Assembly: GCF_009914755.1 (NCBI RefSeq)
Contig: NC_060942.1
Reading direction: 5' to 3' (one strand)
Length of the DNA stretch: 64,000 bases
Origin: the human T2T-CHM13v2.0 reference genome, Homo sapiens
Of this stretch, positions 14,809 to 34,414 are shown piece after piece. Within the stretch, counting starts at the first letter, position 1; each line of letters opens with the position of its first letter. The position numbers and the translations under genes were made by a program. The notes below the pieces were generated by a model. That model was not told the DNA's origin. It saw only the letters and a program-made list of their open reading frames with translations, and did not search any database.

Positions 14809-15055
14809 GGCTGGGCACAGTGGCTCACTCCTGTAATCCCAACACTCTGGGAGGCCGAGGCTGGCAGATCACTTGAAGTTAGGAGTTCAAGACCAGCCTG
14901 GCCAACCTGGTGAAACCCCATCTCTACTAAAATTACAAAAATTAGCCGGGTGTGACGACGCACGTGCCTGTAATTCTAGCTACTTGGGAGGCTGTGGCCG
15001 AAGGATCACTTGAACTTGGGAGGCAGAGGTTGCAGTGAGCCAAGAACAAGCCATT
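14809..15055 (+). mobile_element. Alu (AluS), 3'-truncated with no poly-A tail
   Basis: Alu stops at gcagtgagccaagaacaagccatt. Confidence 0.92.
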
Positions 15056-15281
15056 CATAAAATAACTATAAACAGAATTCTAAATCAATTGTTTGTTAAT
15101 GGATCTTCTCTTGTCATCATATTCACTGCTGTCTTCAGCTATAACTCATGTTGGCTGTATGTTAAACTTGGCTATTTTCTAATCAGTGGGCAGATCAGGA
15201 AAAGGTAGCTCCCCTTAAAATGGCACAGAAGAGTACATGCGACACGTGGATGAAGTGGACATTAAGTTACAAGGAGATGCT

Positions 15282-15722
15282 TGCAGCAGACACTATTGGG
15301 AACCCACCCACATCCCCTCTGTCCTCACACTTTCCATGTTTGTGGGGCCAACTGCCCACAGCTGGCCTCTGCATCACTTTGCCTGAAGGCTTTCTCTGGC
15401 TACCAGAGTCTGCACACCCGCTGGCAGCCTAAAGTGAGAAACAGGAAAGTGCCTGGGAACTAATACCTCCCTGGGAACAGCCCTGAACCAATGACTGACA
15501 GCTCCCTTGCCCCAGGCTCTAACTTTATATGATTCCCAGAGTTCCCAGCTGGATTAAGCTCCAGAAACCCACAGAAGTAACTTGCTTCTGACCACTCTAC
15601 TGGCTGACTTCCCTGCCTTGTCTCACTTTCCCCCAAGTGCTCCTTGGGATAACCTCCCAAATAAACTTCATGAACTTAAGTCGTTGTCTCAGGGTGGTTT
15701 CCAGGGAAACCCAAACTAAAAC
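15282..15722 (+). mobile_element. LTR16-family solo LTR (ERVL)
   Basis: ccctgaaccaatgactgac, gggataacctcccaaataaact, and end gggaaacccaaactaaaac typical of LTR16. Confidence 0.75.
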
Positions 15723-16171
15723 CCACTACCGAGTACACCCATATTATAAGCCAGCTCTGAGAGCAGGCCAGTGGCAGACAAAATGGGACCAGGTAGGCTG
15801 TTCCTGGGTCTCAGCTGTGGTCCAGCTTTTTAGCCCCTCCACCTTTTTAGCCCACTCCTGGAGTTTCACCACAGATCAAAACCAGCTTGGAGGTTCCTGG
15901 ACTTACTTAGAAAAGAGCAGTGCTAAGAAGAATAAAATAAAAGAGGGGGGAGAAAATGTTTAGGTACTATGAGGTTGCACACTAATATCACACTAAATAT
16001 GAGAATGATTGAGCCCTCTGGATGCCAAGTTACAACTAATGGAAATTCTGAATGAGCTAGAAAATTGTATCCTGCCACAAACATATGGCTTTCCAGAGTC
16101 TTTGTTTTAAAACTTAAAAAAAAATAGCACTCATTTGCTTGTCAAATTGTTAGAATGGTGTGAAAGGATCT

Positions 16172-16997
16172 CTATCCTTTGTCAGATGAATAGATTGCAG
16201 AAATTTTCTCTCATTTTGTAGGTTGCCTGTTCACTCTGATGATAGTTTCTTTTGCTGTGCAGAAGCTCTTTAGTTTAATTAGATCCCATTTGTCAATTTT
16301 GGCTTTTGTTGCCATTGCTTTTGGTGTTTTAGACATGAAGTATTTGCCCATGCCTATGTTCTGAATGGTATTGCCTAGGTTTTCTTCTAGGATTTTTATG
16401 GTTTTAGGTCTTACATTTAAGTCTGTAGTCCATCTTGAATTAATTTTTGTATAAGGTGTAAGGAAGGGGTTCAGTTTCAGTTTTCTGCATATAGCTAGCC
16501 AGTTTTTTCCAACTCCATTTATTAAATAGGGAATCATTTCCCTATTGCTTGTTTTTGTCAGGCTTGTCAAAGATCGGATGGTTGTAGATGTGTGGTGTTA
16601 TTTCTGAGGCCTCTGCTCTGTTCCATTTGTCTATATATCTGTTTTGGTACCAGTACCATGCTGTTTTGGTTACTGTAGCCTTGTAGTATAGTTTGAAGTC
16701 AGGCAGCATGATGCCTCCAGCTTTGTTCTTTTTGCTTAGGATTGTCTTGGCTATACAGGCTCTTTTTTGGTTCCGTATGAAATTTAAAGTAGTTTTTTTC
16801 TAATTCTGTGAAGAAAGTCAATGGTAGCTTGGTAGGGATAGCATTGAATGTATAAATTACTTTGGGCAATATGGCCATTTTCATGATATTGATTCTTCCT
16901 ATCCATGAGGATGGAATGTTTTTCCATTTGTTTGTGTTCTTATTTCCTTAAGCATTGGTTTGTAGTTCTTCTTGAAGACGTTCCTTTGCATCCCTTG
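16172..16997 (-). mobile_element. L1PA internal ORF2 fragment with no 3' UTR or poly-A
   Basis: Translations [25 protein letters not shown] and [16 protein letters not shown] are L1 ORF2p C-terminal to RT; frameshifted. Confidence 0.95.
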
Positions 16998-17372
16998 GTC
17001 CGTCAACAGAGATGAGTTCTTGGGTTAAGTTGAATTCAGCATAGGTTATGTTGACCTCTTTGATTTGACAATGAAGCAATGGTAGTTTTTAAGAAAAAAA
17101 CCCATCTGTTCAGATGTTTGCTAAGCAACTTCTTGCATGGTGAACTTTTCAAATGAATGTCAAGGTATGCATACAGGAAAAGGAAACGTGTTGCAGTTTT
17201 ACATGCTCATGTGCGCCTGCACACACACATGCCAATTAGCTGACAAAACCTACAGAAGGCAACAAAGTTGACTCTAAGATTCAGAATATCTGAAGTCATG
17301 TTTCCTGACAGTATATCATCCATCTGAACCATGTATATCCAATTTCCATAATGATTTTGAGTTGAGCTGAAT

Positions 17373-17387
17373 TTGGCTGATTGCCAA
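17373..17387. promoter_or_regulatory. Perfect NFI palindromic site TTGGC-N5-GCCAA
   Basis: ttggc tgatt gccaa seen directly in unique sequence; binding is inferred. Confidence 0.4.
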
Positions 17388-18830
17388 AATGAGCATTGTT
17401 TTCTTCTCTGAAACATGTTTTTTCAAAATCATAAGATCCTGACACTAAAGACAGACACAAATTAACCCAATTTGGCACAATGCCTCCTACCTGCAGCAGT
17501 GGATGTAATTGGGTGCTGTGTTGATACAGTGATTTTTAAAAAGTTAATACATTTTTGTTGGTTTTCATCAGTCACAAAATAACTATAAAGCTATTTATTG
17601 GAATGATATTCTCTGAATGCTGAAATTCTCCAGTTACTTAATCCATCTGTCCTCATCCCTCAGCCAGAAGTGCAGATTTTACAGTCCTAACTGGAATCAT
17701 TAACCCTCACTGCCAATAATCTCTTGTATTATATATTTGCATTCAAATATTGCTTTAACAGTCGAGATGGCTATTTTAAGCAAACAAGAATTTTTACAAA
17801 GTTGAAAATTAAGAGCCAAATTCTAAAAAGCATTACACCCATAAAAATCCCCCAACTCTGACACGGAGATTTATCACAACAGATTTTGGATTTATTTCAT
17901 GATTTCAACACAACTGTGTTTTCAGTACAGACTTCCCTGGTTCTTGGTTGTGGTGACAATAAAGAAATGTATCCATGAGTTACGTGGATTGCAGGTGATT
18001 CTGGATTGAACACATTCTTTGTTTGTTTTTTGTTTTTTTTTCTTTCTTCAGGAAGCATTTCCCAAAACACTGAGCAGAGAATTCCAGAAGGACTCTGAGA
18101 AAACACATGGCCTCTGCAGTCAGCAGCAGATCCAAGGCCTCTTCTGTGGAGTCTGTTCCCTCTTCCCACCCACACATCTCTGGATACTTCTGCCAGCCAT
18201 AGATTTTCCTTCTGTGTTTACCTCGTTTGAGGCTCAGGTGAAAAACCAGATGACTTACAAAGGAATCAGATATCGCCATTGGCCTTTTCTCACAAGCCAA
18301 AACATCATGCCACTCGATCTGTTTTTGTTTGCTTTTTAACATGAAAAAAATGCAGGCTGTGTAGAATGGAAAATTTGTGAGAAATTCTATTGAAAGAGAA
18401 ATTCATTGAACTTGGTGGACATCGACAAAAAAGTTTAGTCATACTTATTTTCTAAATAATAAACTATACTTTGGTTGGGTAAGTTTGGAAAATGTAAAGC
18501 ATGAATAAATGACACACATTCCTTAATCCTAATTCTCATATATGCTGTTTACATTTTATTGTATAATGCCTATACACAATAAACAAAATCCAGGCTGTAT
18601 TCTTTATACGATTTTATTCCTTGCTTTAATTTGAATTATAAATCTTTTCTATTAAATATTTTGTGAACACAGGAAATTCATTGGCTACATTATATTCCAT
18701 CAGAGGGACAAACCATGGCTTAACTTTTTTTTTTTTTGTACATTTGTATAATCTAAATTTCTATGCTAATACATACAATCCTTTAGTGGACATTGTTTAC
18801 ATGAATCTTGGTAATTTCTTTAGTATATAT

Positions 18831-19668
<838 letters not shown>

Positions 19669-19922
19669 TACTCCTGAACAGGACTTAGAAGCTTTTGATT
19701 GCCAAATCACTCTCCAGAAAGTTCCACCAATGACTACTCCTATAAGCATGATGTAAGCGTGTGTATCCTCATGAGCAATGAGTGCTGACTTAAACATGGA
19801 CAGTTGAAGAGGGGTGTATTGAGACTTGGTGCAGGTACAGAGGTGGGGGTGAGCTACATTTCCAGCTTAGAGACAATGGTTGGGCAGAGCCCAGTGGTGG
19901 GCAAGCTACTGTGACAGAGAGA

Positions 19923-20180
19923 CAGTGTGTGGGTTGATAGGGATACAGCCTTTGAAGTCAGGCATTCTAGATTCAAAACCTGGGTCTGTTTCTTACTGGG
20001 TAGGTAGTCTTAGACAAGATGTTTAATCTTTCTGTATCTCAATTTCTTCAACTGTATAACAGTACCTATCTCAAGATGTGAAGTTAAATTAGATAATGCA
20101 TATAAGATGCTTAACAGTGTCTGGCTCACAGCAGTGAGCCAGTGTCTGGTTCACTAAATAGCAGCTATCATTCTATTATT
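19923..20180 (+). mobile_element. MIR SINE, near full length
   Basis: ctttgaagtcag...cttagacaagatgtttaatctttctgtatctcaatttcttcaactgta...cttaacagtgtctggc. Confidence 0.8.
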
Positions 20181-20204
20181 GTTGCTATAAAATATAAATT
20201 GTAA

Positions 20205-20430
20205 TAACCTTATAACGAATTAGCACTTGATTGTCAAGGTTATTTCATGTAAATTTATTTCACTTTATTTTGAAGACAATCATGAGTAGGTCAGGGTTGG
20301 ATAATGTTAAACGCTTGGAGATTGAGAAACTGAAGCTAAAAGAAGTGAAGCATTCTATGGTTCACAAAGGGTGAGCCAGGATAAAGTTTCAGATCCTGCA
20401 TCTCCTCCCCCTGGGCCCTCTGCACTGCAC
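20205..20430 (-). mobile_element. MIR SINE, tail-to-tail with the previous MIR
   Basis: agattgagaaactgaagctaaaagaagtgaag is the reverse MIR core. Confidence 0.6.
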
Positions 20431-20638
20431 AATGTCACATGTTTGTGCAGCACAGCCTTCTGCATTGGTGATGTGATACTATGATAAGCCCTAAGATATT
20501 TGTACTTCTAGATGTATTTGATTTAAAGAAATCTTTCTGTGACTATCTGAACTTCTCCACCCAGGAGCAAGGTAACAATAGTCCAGCTCCTTTACCGAAA
20601 CAAGCCTTTATGGCTACAAACTTTTAAAGCATTATTCA

Positions 20639-20946
<308 letters not shown>

Positions 20947-21189
20947 CCCTATTATTCAAAAGACTATTTATATTTATTTTGCACTTTGTTTTGTGAAATT
21001 TGGAAAATAAAATTTTAATTTATTGTAATAAACATCTGCAAGATGTTTCTTGTAATAAACCTTTGCATTCTATCCTTCAACCAGAAGGATAGAAACAAGA
21101 ATTTTTCAAAACTTGCAAAGTTCAATAAGTGTAAAAGAAACATAGATAAGTAACCTTAAAATTAGGGTAACCTTGAAATTTGCATTTAC

Positions 21190-26408
<5,219 letters not shown>

Positions 26409-26522
26409 TAGCCCCTGGTGGCATTGAAATATCTAAAGTTTTTCAAGCTTAAAACCATATGGATCTTTTGGAAAAAACTGTGCTCTCAAACCTATACTGT
26501 CTTGAATGCATAGGGTCTTGTT

Positions 26523-26700
26523 CTGAAGTTCTCAGACATTAGCAAGTATCAGAACAACTTGAAGGGCTCATTAAAACAAAGTTCTAGGCCCCAATCCCAG
26601 AGTTTCTGAGTTAGTGGCTATACAGTAAGGATCAAGAATCTGCATTTCTATGACGTTCCCAGGTGATGCTGATGCTGCTGTTCTAGTTTGAGAATCACAG
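26523..26700. mobile_element. MER5A hAT-Charlie MITE
   Basis: cccagagtttctga...agaatctgcatttcta...ttcccaggtgatgctgatgctgctg...tttgagaatcac. Confidence 0.8.
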
Positions 26701-28095
26701 GTCTACAGCCACCCTTTCCCCTTGTGGATTCTGTGTGTTTATAATCTAGTAAGTTGAGATGGATGGGCCTGACTGAGGCCCACTGGCAGAGAAGAGGCAC
26801 CAGGTGGCCAAAGAAGACAGCCCCATGGGGAGAGGAAGTCTGGAGTCAAGGTGGGTGTTGGCAGCACTCAGGACTTTCTGTTCATTATGGCTCATGAGTT
26901 CTCAACTGAAAAAAAAAATGCTAAAAGATGGCAGGATCTATAACATTGAGTTGTGAAGTAGGTGATGCCACTTATAATTCCTTTAATATTTAGATCGCCT
27001 CAATACCCATGTATAATTCTGGGTTGGTCACATCACTGCTTTTCTGACATTTTTACACTCTCCTCCTGCCTTCTTGAACCTCACTCTAAAGTTCATCATC
27101 TTCATTCATTCACTTTTAATTCCATGGCACCTACAGGACATGCCATTATCTCTCAGAAACTGAGCACTCTTTCCCTCCTGTACACTGATAAGATATCTGC
27201 TCCCCTTTATATGATCCCAACTGTTCTGAAAAAGGCACAAACATTCACATGTGACTATGTAAAGATGTTCATAAAATTGACAGAGCTTCTGTAATTCTCT
27301 GGAAAATCTGGCTTTAGCTATGATTTAAGGCATAATAAAGGAACAAACAACAAAAACAGTGATAAACACATACAAATGAATTTCCTTACACACCACATCC
27401 CCATTGTTCTCAGATAGTTTTCTTAAATATCTTATTAATCAATACTATTAGGAAAGCTATCGTCTTCAACAATAACTATTTTGACATCTTAATACTGGAT
27501 CTATACTATTTCTTAAATTATTTATGATGTTTTTTCAAATATAATATTTAATAGGATGTTTTATGACAATGAGCAAACTTTTCCATTTAGACCAAGTCAG
27601 TTATCTAAGTGGTGGCCCTGAATTGAGGAGTTTAAACTTGTTAAAGTAAATACCAAAAACTCAGTTGGAGCATCCCCTAGAAAGGGCTGTATTTTCAAAT
27701 ACATCTGAATACTCCATGTTTTTCCAGCATAACAATGGATCACAGAGTGAGCTGAATGATCTGATATTCCCCAAATCAGCTTGTTGGCCATGCGATTACC
27801 AAAACTGAATGAGAACTCCCAACATTGAGAAGAAATGACCCAGACACTGGAAATCCTGCCTCATCAATACCCCAGCCAGTGTGAAAGATGAGAAGAGACA
27901 CATACAAGATAAAAACACAAACCAAATTTACTTTCAACCACATGTGATCTTTTTTTCCTCTTCTCCAACAGTCTTATGGGCTATCAAAGCAAGTCTCTTA
28001 TTAGAAAGAATAACAGAAACAAATGTGAGAGAGGAGCCAAAAAAAATTTTGTCCCCAGGAACAAAAATTATGAGACACCTACTATGAATTTCAGA

Positions 28096-28351
28096 AGCAC
28101 TTTGGGAGGCTGAGGCAGGAGGATTGCTTGAGCCCAAGAATTCAAGACCAGCCTGGGCAACACAGCGAGATCCTATCTCTACAAAAAATTTAAAAATTAG
28201 CTTGGCATGGAGGTACATGTCTTTCGTCCCAGATAATTGAGAGGCTGAGGCGGATCACTTGAGCCCAGGAAGTTGAGGCTGCAGTGAGCTGTGGTCCTGC
28301 CACTGCACTCCAGCCTGGGCGACAAAGAAACCCTGTCTCAAAAACAAAACA
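28096..28351 (+). mobile_element. AluJ, 5'-truncated
   Basis: ggaggattgcttgagccc and gttgaggctgcagtgagctg J diagnostics. Confidence 0.9.
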
Positions 28352-28672
28352 TATACACATATGCTCCTGCAAGCCTACAGATCATTCACTCAACTGTAGG
28401 GGATTCTAGGAATAAGTGCTTTCTAGAATCTACAAATGGGGGTGGGAAAGGTACTCAAGACCGAAACAAGTAGAAGCATCAACTATTGTGAAGATCAGCC
28501 TCAATTTAAAGGGACCCAAGGCATCGCTTTTCACCTTGGTCCCTAAAATGACCATGTATCACAACAATTGAGTTTACTTGCAACACGTATTTCCCTATCA
28601 TTTCCATGTCCACTGGACACCAAATAAACATACTCATGACCGTCTATGTATCTCTACATTTAATGTTCTTAC

Positions 28673-28942
28673 TTTTTTTTTGAGACACAGTCTCACTCTG
28701 TTGCCCAGGCTGGAGGGCAATGGCATGATCTCTGTTCACTGCAACCTCTGTCTCCTGGATTCAAGCAATCCTCCTGCCTCAGCTTCCCAAAATAGCTGGA
28801 AATACAGCTGATTTTTGTATTTTTAGTAGAGATGGGGTTTTGTCATGTTGCCAGGCTGATCTCGAACTTCTAACTTAGGTGATCTGCCTGTCTCAGCCTC
28901 CCAAAATGCTGGGATTATAGGCATGAGCCACTGCACCCAGCC
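28673..28942 (-). mobile_element. Alu (S or late J) with a roughly 20-nt internal deletion
   Basis: Reverse Alu; aatacag joined directly to ctgatttttgtatt. Confidence 0.92.
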
Positions 28943-29147
28943 ACATTGTCTCTTTATATGGAGAATGTCTAGAAGGCAGGACCTGTGTTGATAAACGTGG
29001 TTTGCCTCGCATTAAACTGACTCCTTCCAGCCACAGCACTAGGCAATGTGGACCTGTACCAATAGCTTGCTTCACCTACAAGGCCGCTGGCTGTGAAGGC
29101 TACTGGTGTTATGCTTTGAAGACTAGCTTGGGCAGGAAGAGACAGGA

Positions 29148-29357
29148 ATTAACATTTACTGAGTATCAATAATTTGCCTCCCATTTTCTCATATGTTGTC
29201 CCATGTCATCCTCAAAATCCTATGATGTTACCCACTCCACAGACTGAAGAAACATTCTTGCAGATGTTACAGCTAATTAACTTGGATTAATTATAATGAT
29301 GACAATCTCCCTTCTATGCCTGCTATCTGATTCCAAAGTTCATGTTCTTTCTACCAC
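29148..29357 (-). mobile_element. Degraded MIR
   Basis: taacatttactgagt...catcctcaaaatcctatga...tctgattccaaagttcatgttctttctaccac. Confidence 0.55.
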
Positions 29358-30182
29358 GTGAAGTCACTTTGGAATTCAAAATACGGAGATTTCAAATTAA
29401 TCTTTCCTCCTGAAAACAATTATATACAATAAAATTGTTCTGGAGGCTATCTAGGCCTTGTCCTTTTTTACTGAATCCCATCAATGGTACACAGGACTGC
29501 TGCATCTGCCTGGGAATTGTGACCTCCTGCCTGGCAGTTCACCAATGGCCACAGGCTTTAGAACCTCTCACGGAGTATGGAGGGTGAGGAACCAGAATGA
29601 GAAGGTCAACATAAAAGCAAAGTATTGCATTTGATTATTTCCTTTTCATAATATTTTGAAACCTTGATCCTAAGTTCTCTTTTTTCCCCCTCTTCAAGCT
29701 ATTCTTGGCTTTTATTTCATTATAGTTAATATATGTTCAAACAAAATCTTTAGAAACAAAACAAAGTAGATCGCAACTAGAAATCACATTTATTCTGAAC
29801 ACAAAAGTTCAAGACTTCATGTTAGAATTTTGTTAGTTTAAAATTAAATGCTAGTGATATTAGAGGTAAGTGTAAACAATTTTCCATCACTCCCGATTAT
29901 GAATCTGCATTTGTCTTTTGAAATAGACAAAAATTGAAACTTAAGCCAAGGTAAACTTTGTTAGAAAACTTAAAATAGCTTCACTAAATTCTCCCATAAA
30001 AGGCCAGTTATTTATAAAAATAGAGATTATAAAGAGAACACTTTTTCTTGTATTTTTAGTGCATACTTTTCAAAATTTTATATTCACATATACATACCAA
30101 CTTTGACTATGTATAACTCTTATGTTAGAAATATGTAAAGAAAATAATGTAAATAGTTTTAACTTTATTCATATATAAAGCA

Positions 30183-30480
30183 TTTTATTGTGAATAAAAT
30201 ACACATAGAAACTAGCACAGAAGCTATATATTCATTATAACAAACGTTTATCAAGACCTGTGTAAGTATCATCCACGTTAAAAACAGACCTTCATGAGCA
30301 CCCCAAAATTCCTCCCCTGTACCATGCATTAATTCACAATTGTTATTTTCTTTAAATTGTTTTGCTTATACAGAAAGATCATCTTGGTTGTGATATCCAA
30401 GTTACTCAGGTGATCCACATATATCAATGCTGTATGTGCATATAATTTATATATTCATATGTATACAATATGCGTGAAAA
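30183..30480 (-). mobile_element. Old L1M 3' UTR fragment
   Basis: ttttattgtgaataaaatacacatagaaa...agcaccccaaaattcctccc resembles the reverse L1MC/ME 3' end. Confidence 0.5.
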
Positions 30481-31152
30481 CACATTTATCCGTTTATCTA
30501 AATAAGCACAAATGTACTTCATAATGGCAATCACCAAGTGTTTCTACTATCATATGTCCTGTGCTCTGTGTTTCCATAAACCTGAGATGACCCATTTCAT
30601 TGAGAGATTCCAAAGAAAAAAATTGACTTGGAGAATCCCCATAACCACCCTGTTCCTCCTTTTCAAAAGTGTTCGATTCCGCCTTAGTGATCTATACATG
30701 GAAGACTGTATAGATTACTAAGATGTTGGCTAATGATAATGTTGGCTAATGATAAATGAATGTTTGACTCTATCTTAGAAATAGTTTGGTTAGTCATACA
30801 TTCCTAGAAGTCTACCGACCTCAAAATAACACACCTATAACTTCGGTATCATGTACTAAAACCTTTGCTAGAATTTTAAAAGTTGAAAATCAAAGTAAAA
30901 ACGTATTGAATCCCAAATCTGTAAGGCCCTGAGGTTTTTGTCTTGTCCTTAATATTTTAAAACACATGCTGACTTTAAAATAAGTGGGATATTATTAAAA
31001 GCATGAAGAATATAGAAGTCAGCCATACACCTAACCAGCCAGGCCTTTGGGCTGTAATATTACATAACAACCTGCATCTGAATTTGATCCTCCGTCTGAG
31101 AGGGGCTTCCTGGTCCAGTGCCTCCCCTACTTTTGGGTACATTGCTTCAAAG

Positions 31153-31316
31153 CAGTGATTCTCACAGTGCGGTCTCTAGCATCAGCATCATCTGGAAACT
31201 TGTTAGAAATGCAAAAGTTTTGGCTCCACCCAAGACCTATGAGATCAGGAACTCTGGAGGTGGGGCCAGCAGGCTGTGTTTTCACAAGCTGTCCAGGTCA
31301 TTTCTGATGTCCACTG
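31153..31316. mobile_element. MER5A-type MITE
   Basis: cagtgattctcacagtgcggtc...agcatcagcatcatctggaaacttgttagaaatgcaaa...ccactg. Confidence 0.8.
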
Positions 31317-31914
31317 TAGAGAATGAGGCTCCATCTAGATTGTTTGGTTCCAGAAGGAGAACTTCTGGCCCCAGATCTAGAGCTGCGTAGCCTGGAATTC
31401 ACAGCCTGTACATTTTCTGTCTCCCAATAACAGACCATGCATATAGAAATGCTCTCTTGAGCATGAGGAGGGAAGGATAAAAGTAGTAATAAGTAATGGT
31501 GCCAAGGCTTAGAAGAAAAAACAGAACAAAACTCATTTTCCCTCATTTTTAATTCCCAAATTGAAAACTATCATTACTGACTTTTAGAGAGGCAAATAAA
31601 ATGTTACACAATAGCTCCTTCACACCAGTTTCGAATCCCCAATTTCCCCAAATAATATCTCAAGTCTATATAACAGAAAGACTTGTGAAAACTGCACTAA
31701 AATGTCTTTGATCTTAGACGAGGCAGTCAGCATGCTGTAGTTCTGCCTTCAGCAGTAATGAGATTGACAGCATCATGAAGCCTTGATGCTGGAAAGATAA
31801 ACGTTGAGACTGTCAACGCTGGTGAGCTGAGACTGTGCTGGAGGCTTGACAAGAAGATGGTATTCAGTAAGCATGGACTTACTGAAGGGGAGGCACTTTT
31901 TGATAATTTCCTCA

Positions 31915-32720
31915 GTAGTAATTATAGAAATCCAAATTAAAAACACAGTGAATTATTTCACACCAAGACTGGCAGAAATGTAAAAGCCCGGCATTACCGG
32001 GTGTTAGTGAACGTAGAGAGGAACAGAAATTCTCATACTCTGCTGTTGCAAGTGAAAATTAGCATAATCACCATGAAAAGTAACATGCAATGCATAGCCA
32101 AGGTCAAAGTGTGCACACTACCCCTGGCAGCTCCAGTCTGAAGTATGGGAGGGGATGGGAAAACTGAGAAATTCAAGTATATGAGTGTAAGGTCACTGTA
32201 GCAATGCTCTTAATAGCTGAAAAATTTGGAAGCAACCCAAATGTTCAACAGAATATGTAAATTATGACATACTCATACAGAGAAATATTACATGTATTAA
32301 ACAATGTAAAGCATTAAAATGTTGTACAAGAATAGGTACAGTCATGATACCATTTATGTCAAAGATTAAATACTTGAAAAACAGTATTTATTACTAAGAA
32401 AAACGTACATATATAAGGACATTTATCAGAAATAATAAAATCAAGATTTAGGATAGTGTGTACTCTTTTTTTCCTAAGGAAAAGTCTATGTTGCCCAAGC
32501 TGGTCTTGAACAGCTGAGCTCAAGCAATCCTCCCGCCTTGGCTTCCCAAAGTGTTTGGATTACAGGCACAAGCCACGGTGCCTGGCTGGTGTGTAATTCT
32601 ATGAGGAGGAGAAAGAAACAAAGGCTTCAATTTTGTTTGTAATGTTTCATTTTCTTTTCAGATGAATATAAAGTATTTTTATGATATTCTTTAACATTTG
32701 TAAAGGTCTGAAATAATTCA
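31915..32720 (+). mobile_element. Old L1ME-like 3' region, interrupted by FLAM
   Basis: gaaatccaaattaaaaacacagtga...tttcacacc...gaacagaaattctcatactctgctg; tggaagcaacccaaatgttcaaca. Confidence 0.65.
32466..32587 (-). mobile_element. FLAM (free left Alu monomer)
   Basis: Single monomer ctatgttgcccaagctggtcttgaac...ctcaagcaatcctcccgccttggc; TSD-like gtgtgtactct / gtgtgtaattct. Confidence 0.85.
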
Positions 32721-33257
32721 TTAAAAAACCATAATAGGTTTTGAGTCTAGAGAGATAGGAATCTCAATTCTAGCTCTTACTAATAGTGAAACTTTGATCA
32801 AATCGATCTTTATGAGCTTCCGTCTTCTCATCTGGTGTGCAAGAGTCTGACGGTGTGCCATCTGCGAGGTGCCCAGCATCCGCATAGAGCCTGGACAGCT
32901 CATGGCAGGCACTCAGGCCATCTGCATATCATTTCCCTGGGCTCTCTCTCCTCCTCCTCTCCTTTTTCCACACCATGAGCACCACCCTCCAGCTCTTCCT
33001 TCAATGACTCACTCCTCCAAATTCTGCAGCATGTGCATGAGACGGGCTTGTATTTGGAAATACCGAAGACAATTTCAAAAAGATTTCTATGTTCAAAGGA
33101 AGAGAAGGTTGTCTTGGGCTGGGAAAATGTCGACTTTCCCAGAAAAACAAAAGTAAGAATAAGAAAGTGCCAGGGGAACTGCAACTTGGCAATGGTCATA
33201 GTGTACATGACAAATAAGAACGACCAATGCAACAGCCATGAAAACAACACGTATTCA

Positions 33258-33644
<387 letters not shown>

Positions 33645-33909
33645 CTAGAAAAAGCAAAGTTAATGCTTAGCATACAGCCCCTGGGTATATTCAGGAGACC
33701 TCTGATCTTATCAGCTAAAGACTTAAGAACTATCTTTTGGGCTGGGGTTTTTCAATCCATTTTATGATAGTTCTGATCTGTTTTCAAGACTACCACTTTC
33801 TAATCTTGTCTCTAAATTTCAAACTCAGATTCTGGAGTCGTCTATCATATTTACAGTCTCTGTAGAATAATGCCAGCCAAAGCAAGGTGACATATACTCA
33901 AAGTGTGGC

Positions 33910-34269
33910 TGATATGGTTTGGCTGTGTCCCCACCCAGAACTCATCTTGAATTGTAGCTCTCATAATTCCCACGTGTTGTGGGAAGGACCTGGTGAAAGA
34001 TAATTGTATCACGGGGGCAGTTTCCCCCATACTGTTCCCATTGTAGTGAATAAGTCTCGTGAGACCTGATGGTTTTATAAGAGGAAAACCCTTTCGCTTG
34101 GCTCTCATTTTCTTGTCTGCTGCCATGTAAGATGTGCCTTTTGCCTTCCACCATGATTGTGAGGCCTCTTCAGCCACGTGGAACTGTGAGTTCATTAAAT
34201 CTCTTTTTCCTTATAAATTACCCAGTCTTGGGTATGTCTTCATCAGCAGTGTGAAAATGGACTAATACA
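33910..34269 (+). mobile_element. THE1B/C solo LTR (ERVL-MaLR)
   Basis: tgatatggtttggctgtgtcccc...ggactaataca; perfect 5-bp TSD gtggc at 33905-33909 and 34270-34274. Confidence 0.95.
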
Positions 34270-34414
34270 GTGGCTGACAAGTTTCTTACTTCAGCAAGTA
34301 TATAAAGTGTACAGCCTTCAATGTGTCACCTCAAAAGGAATTTGGTGACTCCTCCTTCTGTTTAACACATTTTTCCATCTCATTCAAACTTGAATGCGTG
34401 ATATACCTCAATAG

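Noticed and set aside
30723-30754. 16-bp tandem duplication atgttggctaatgata x2, plus similar short ones near 21150 and 34848
   Set aside because: Ordinary slippage-scale duplications with no further structure.
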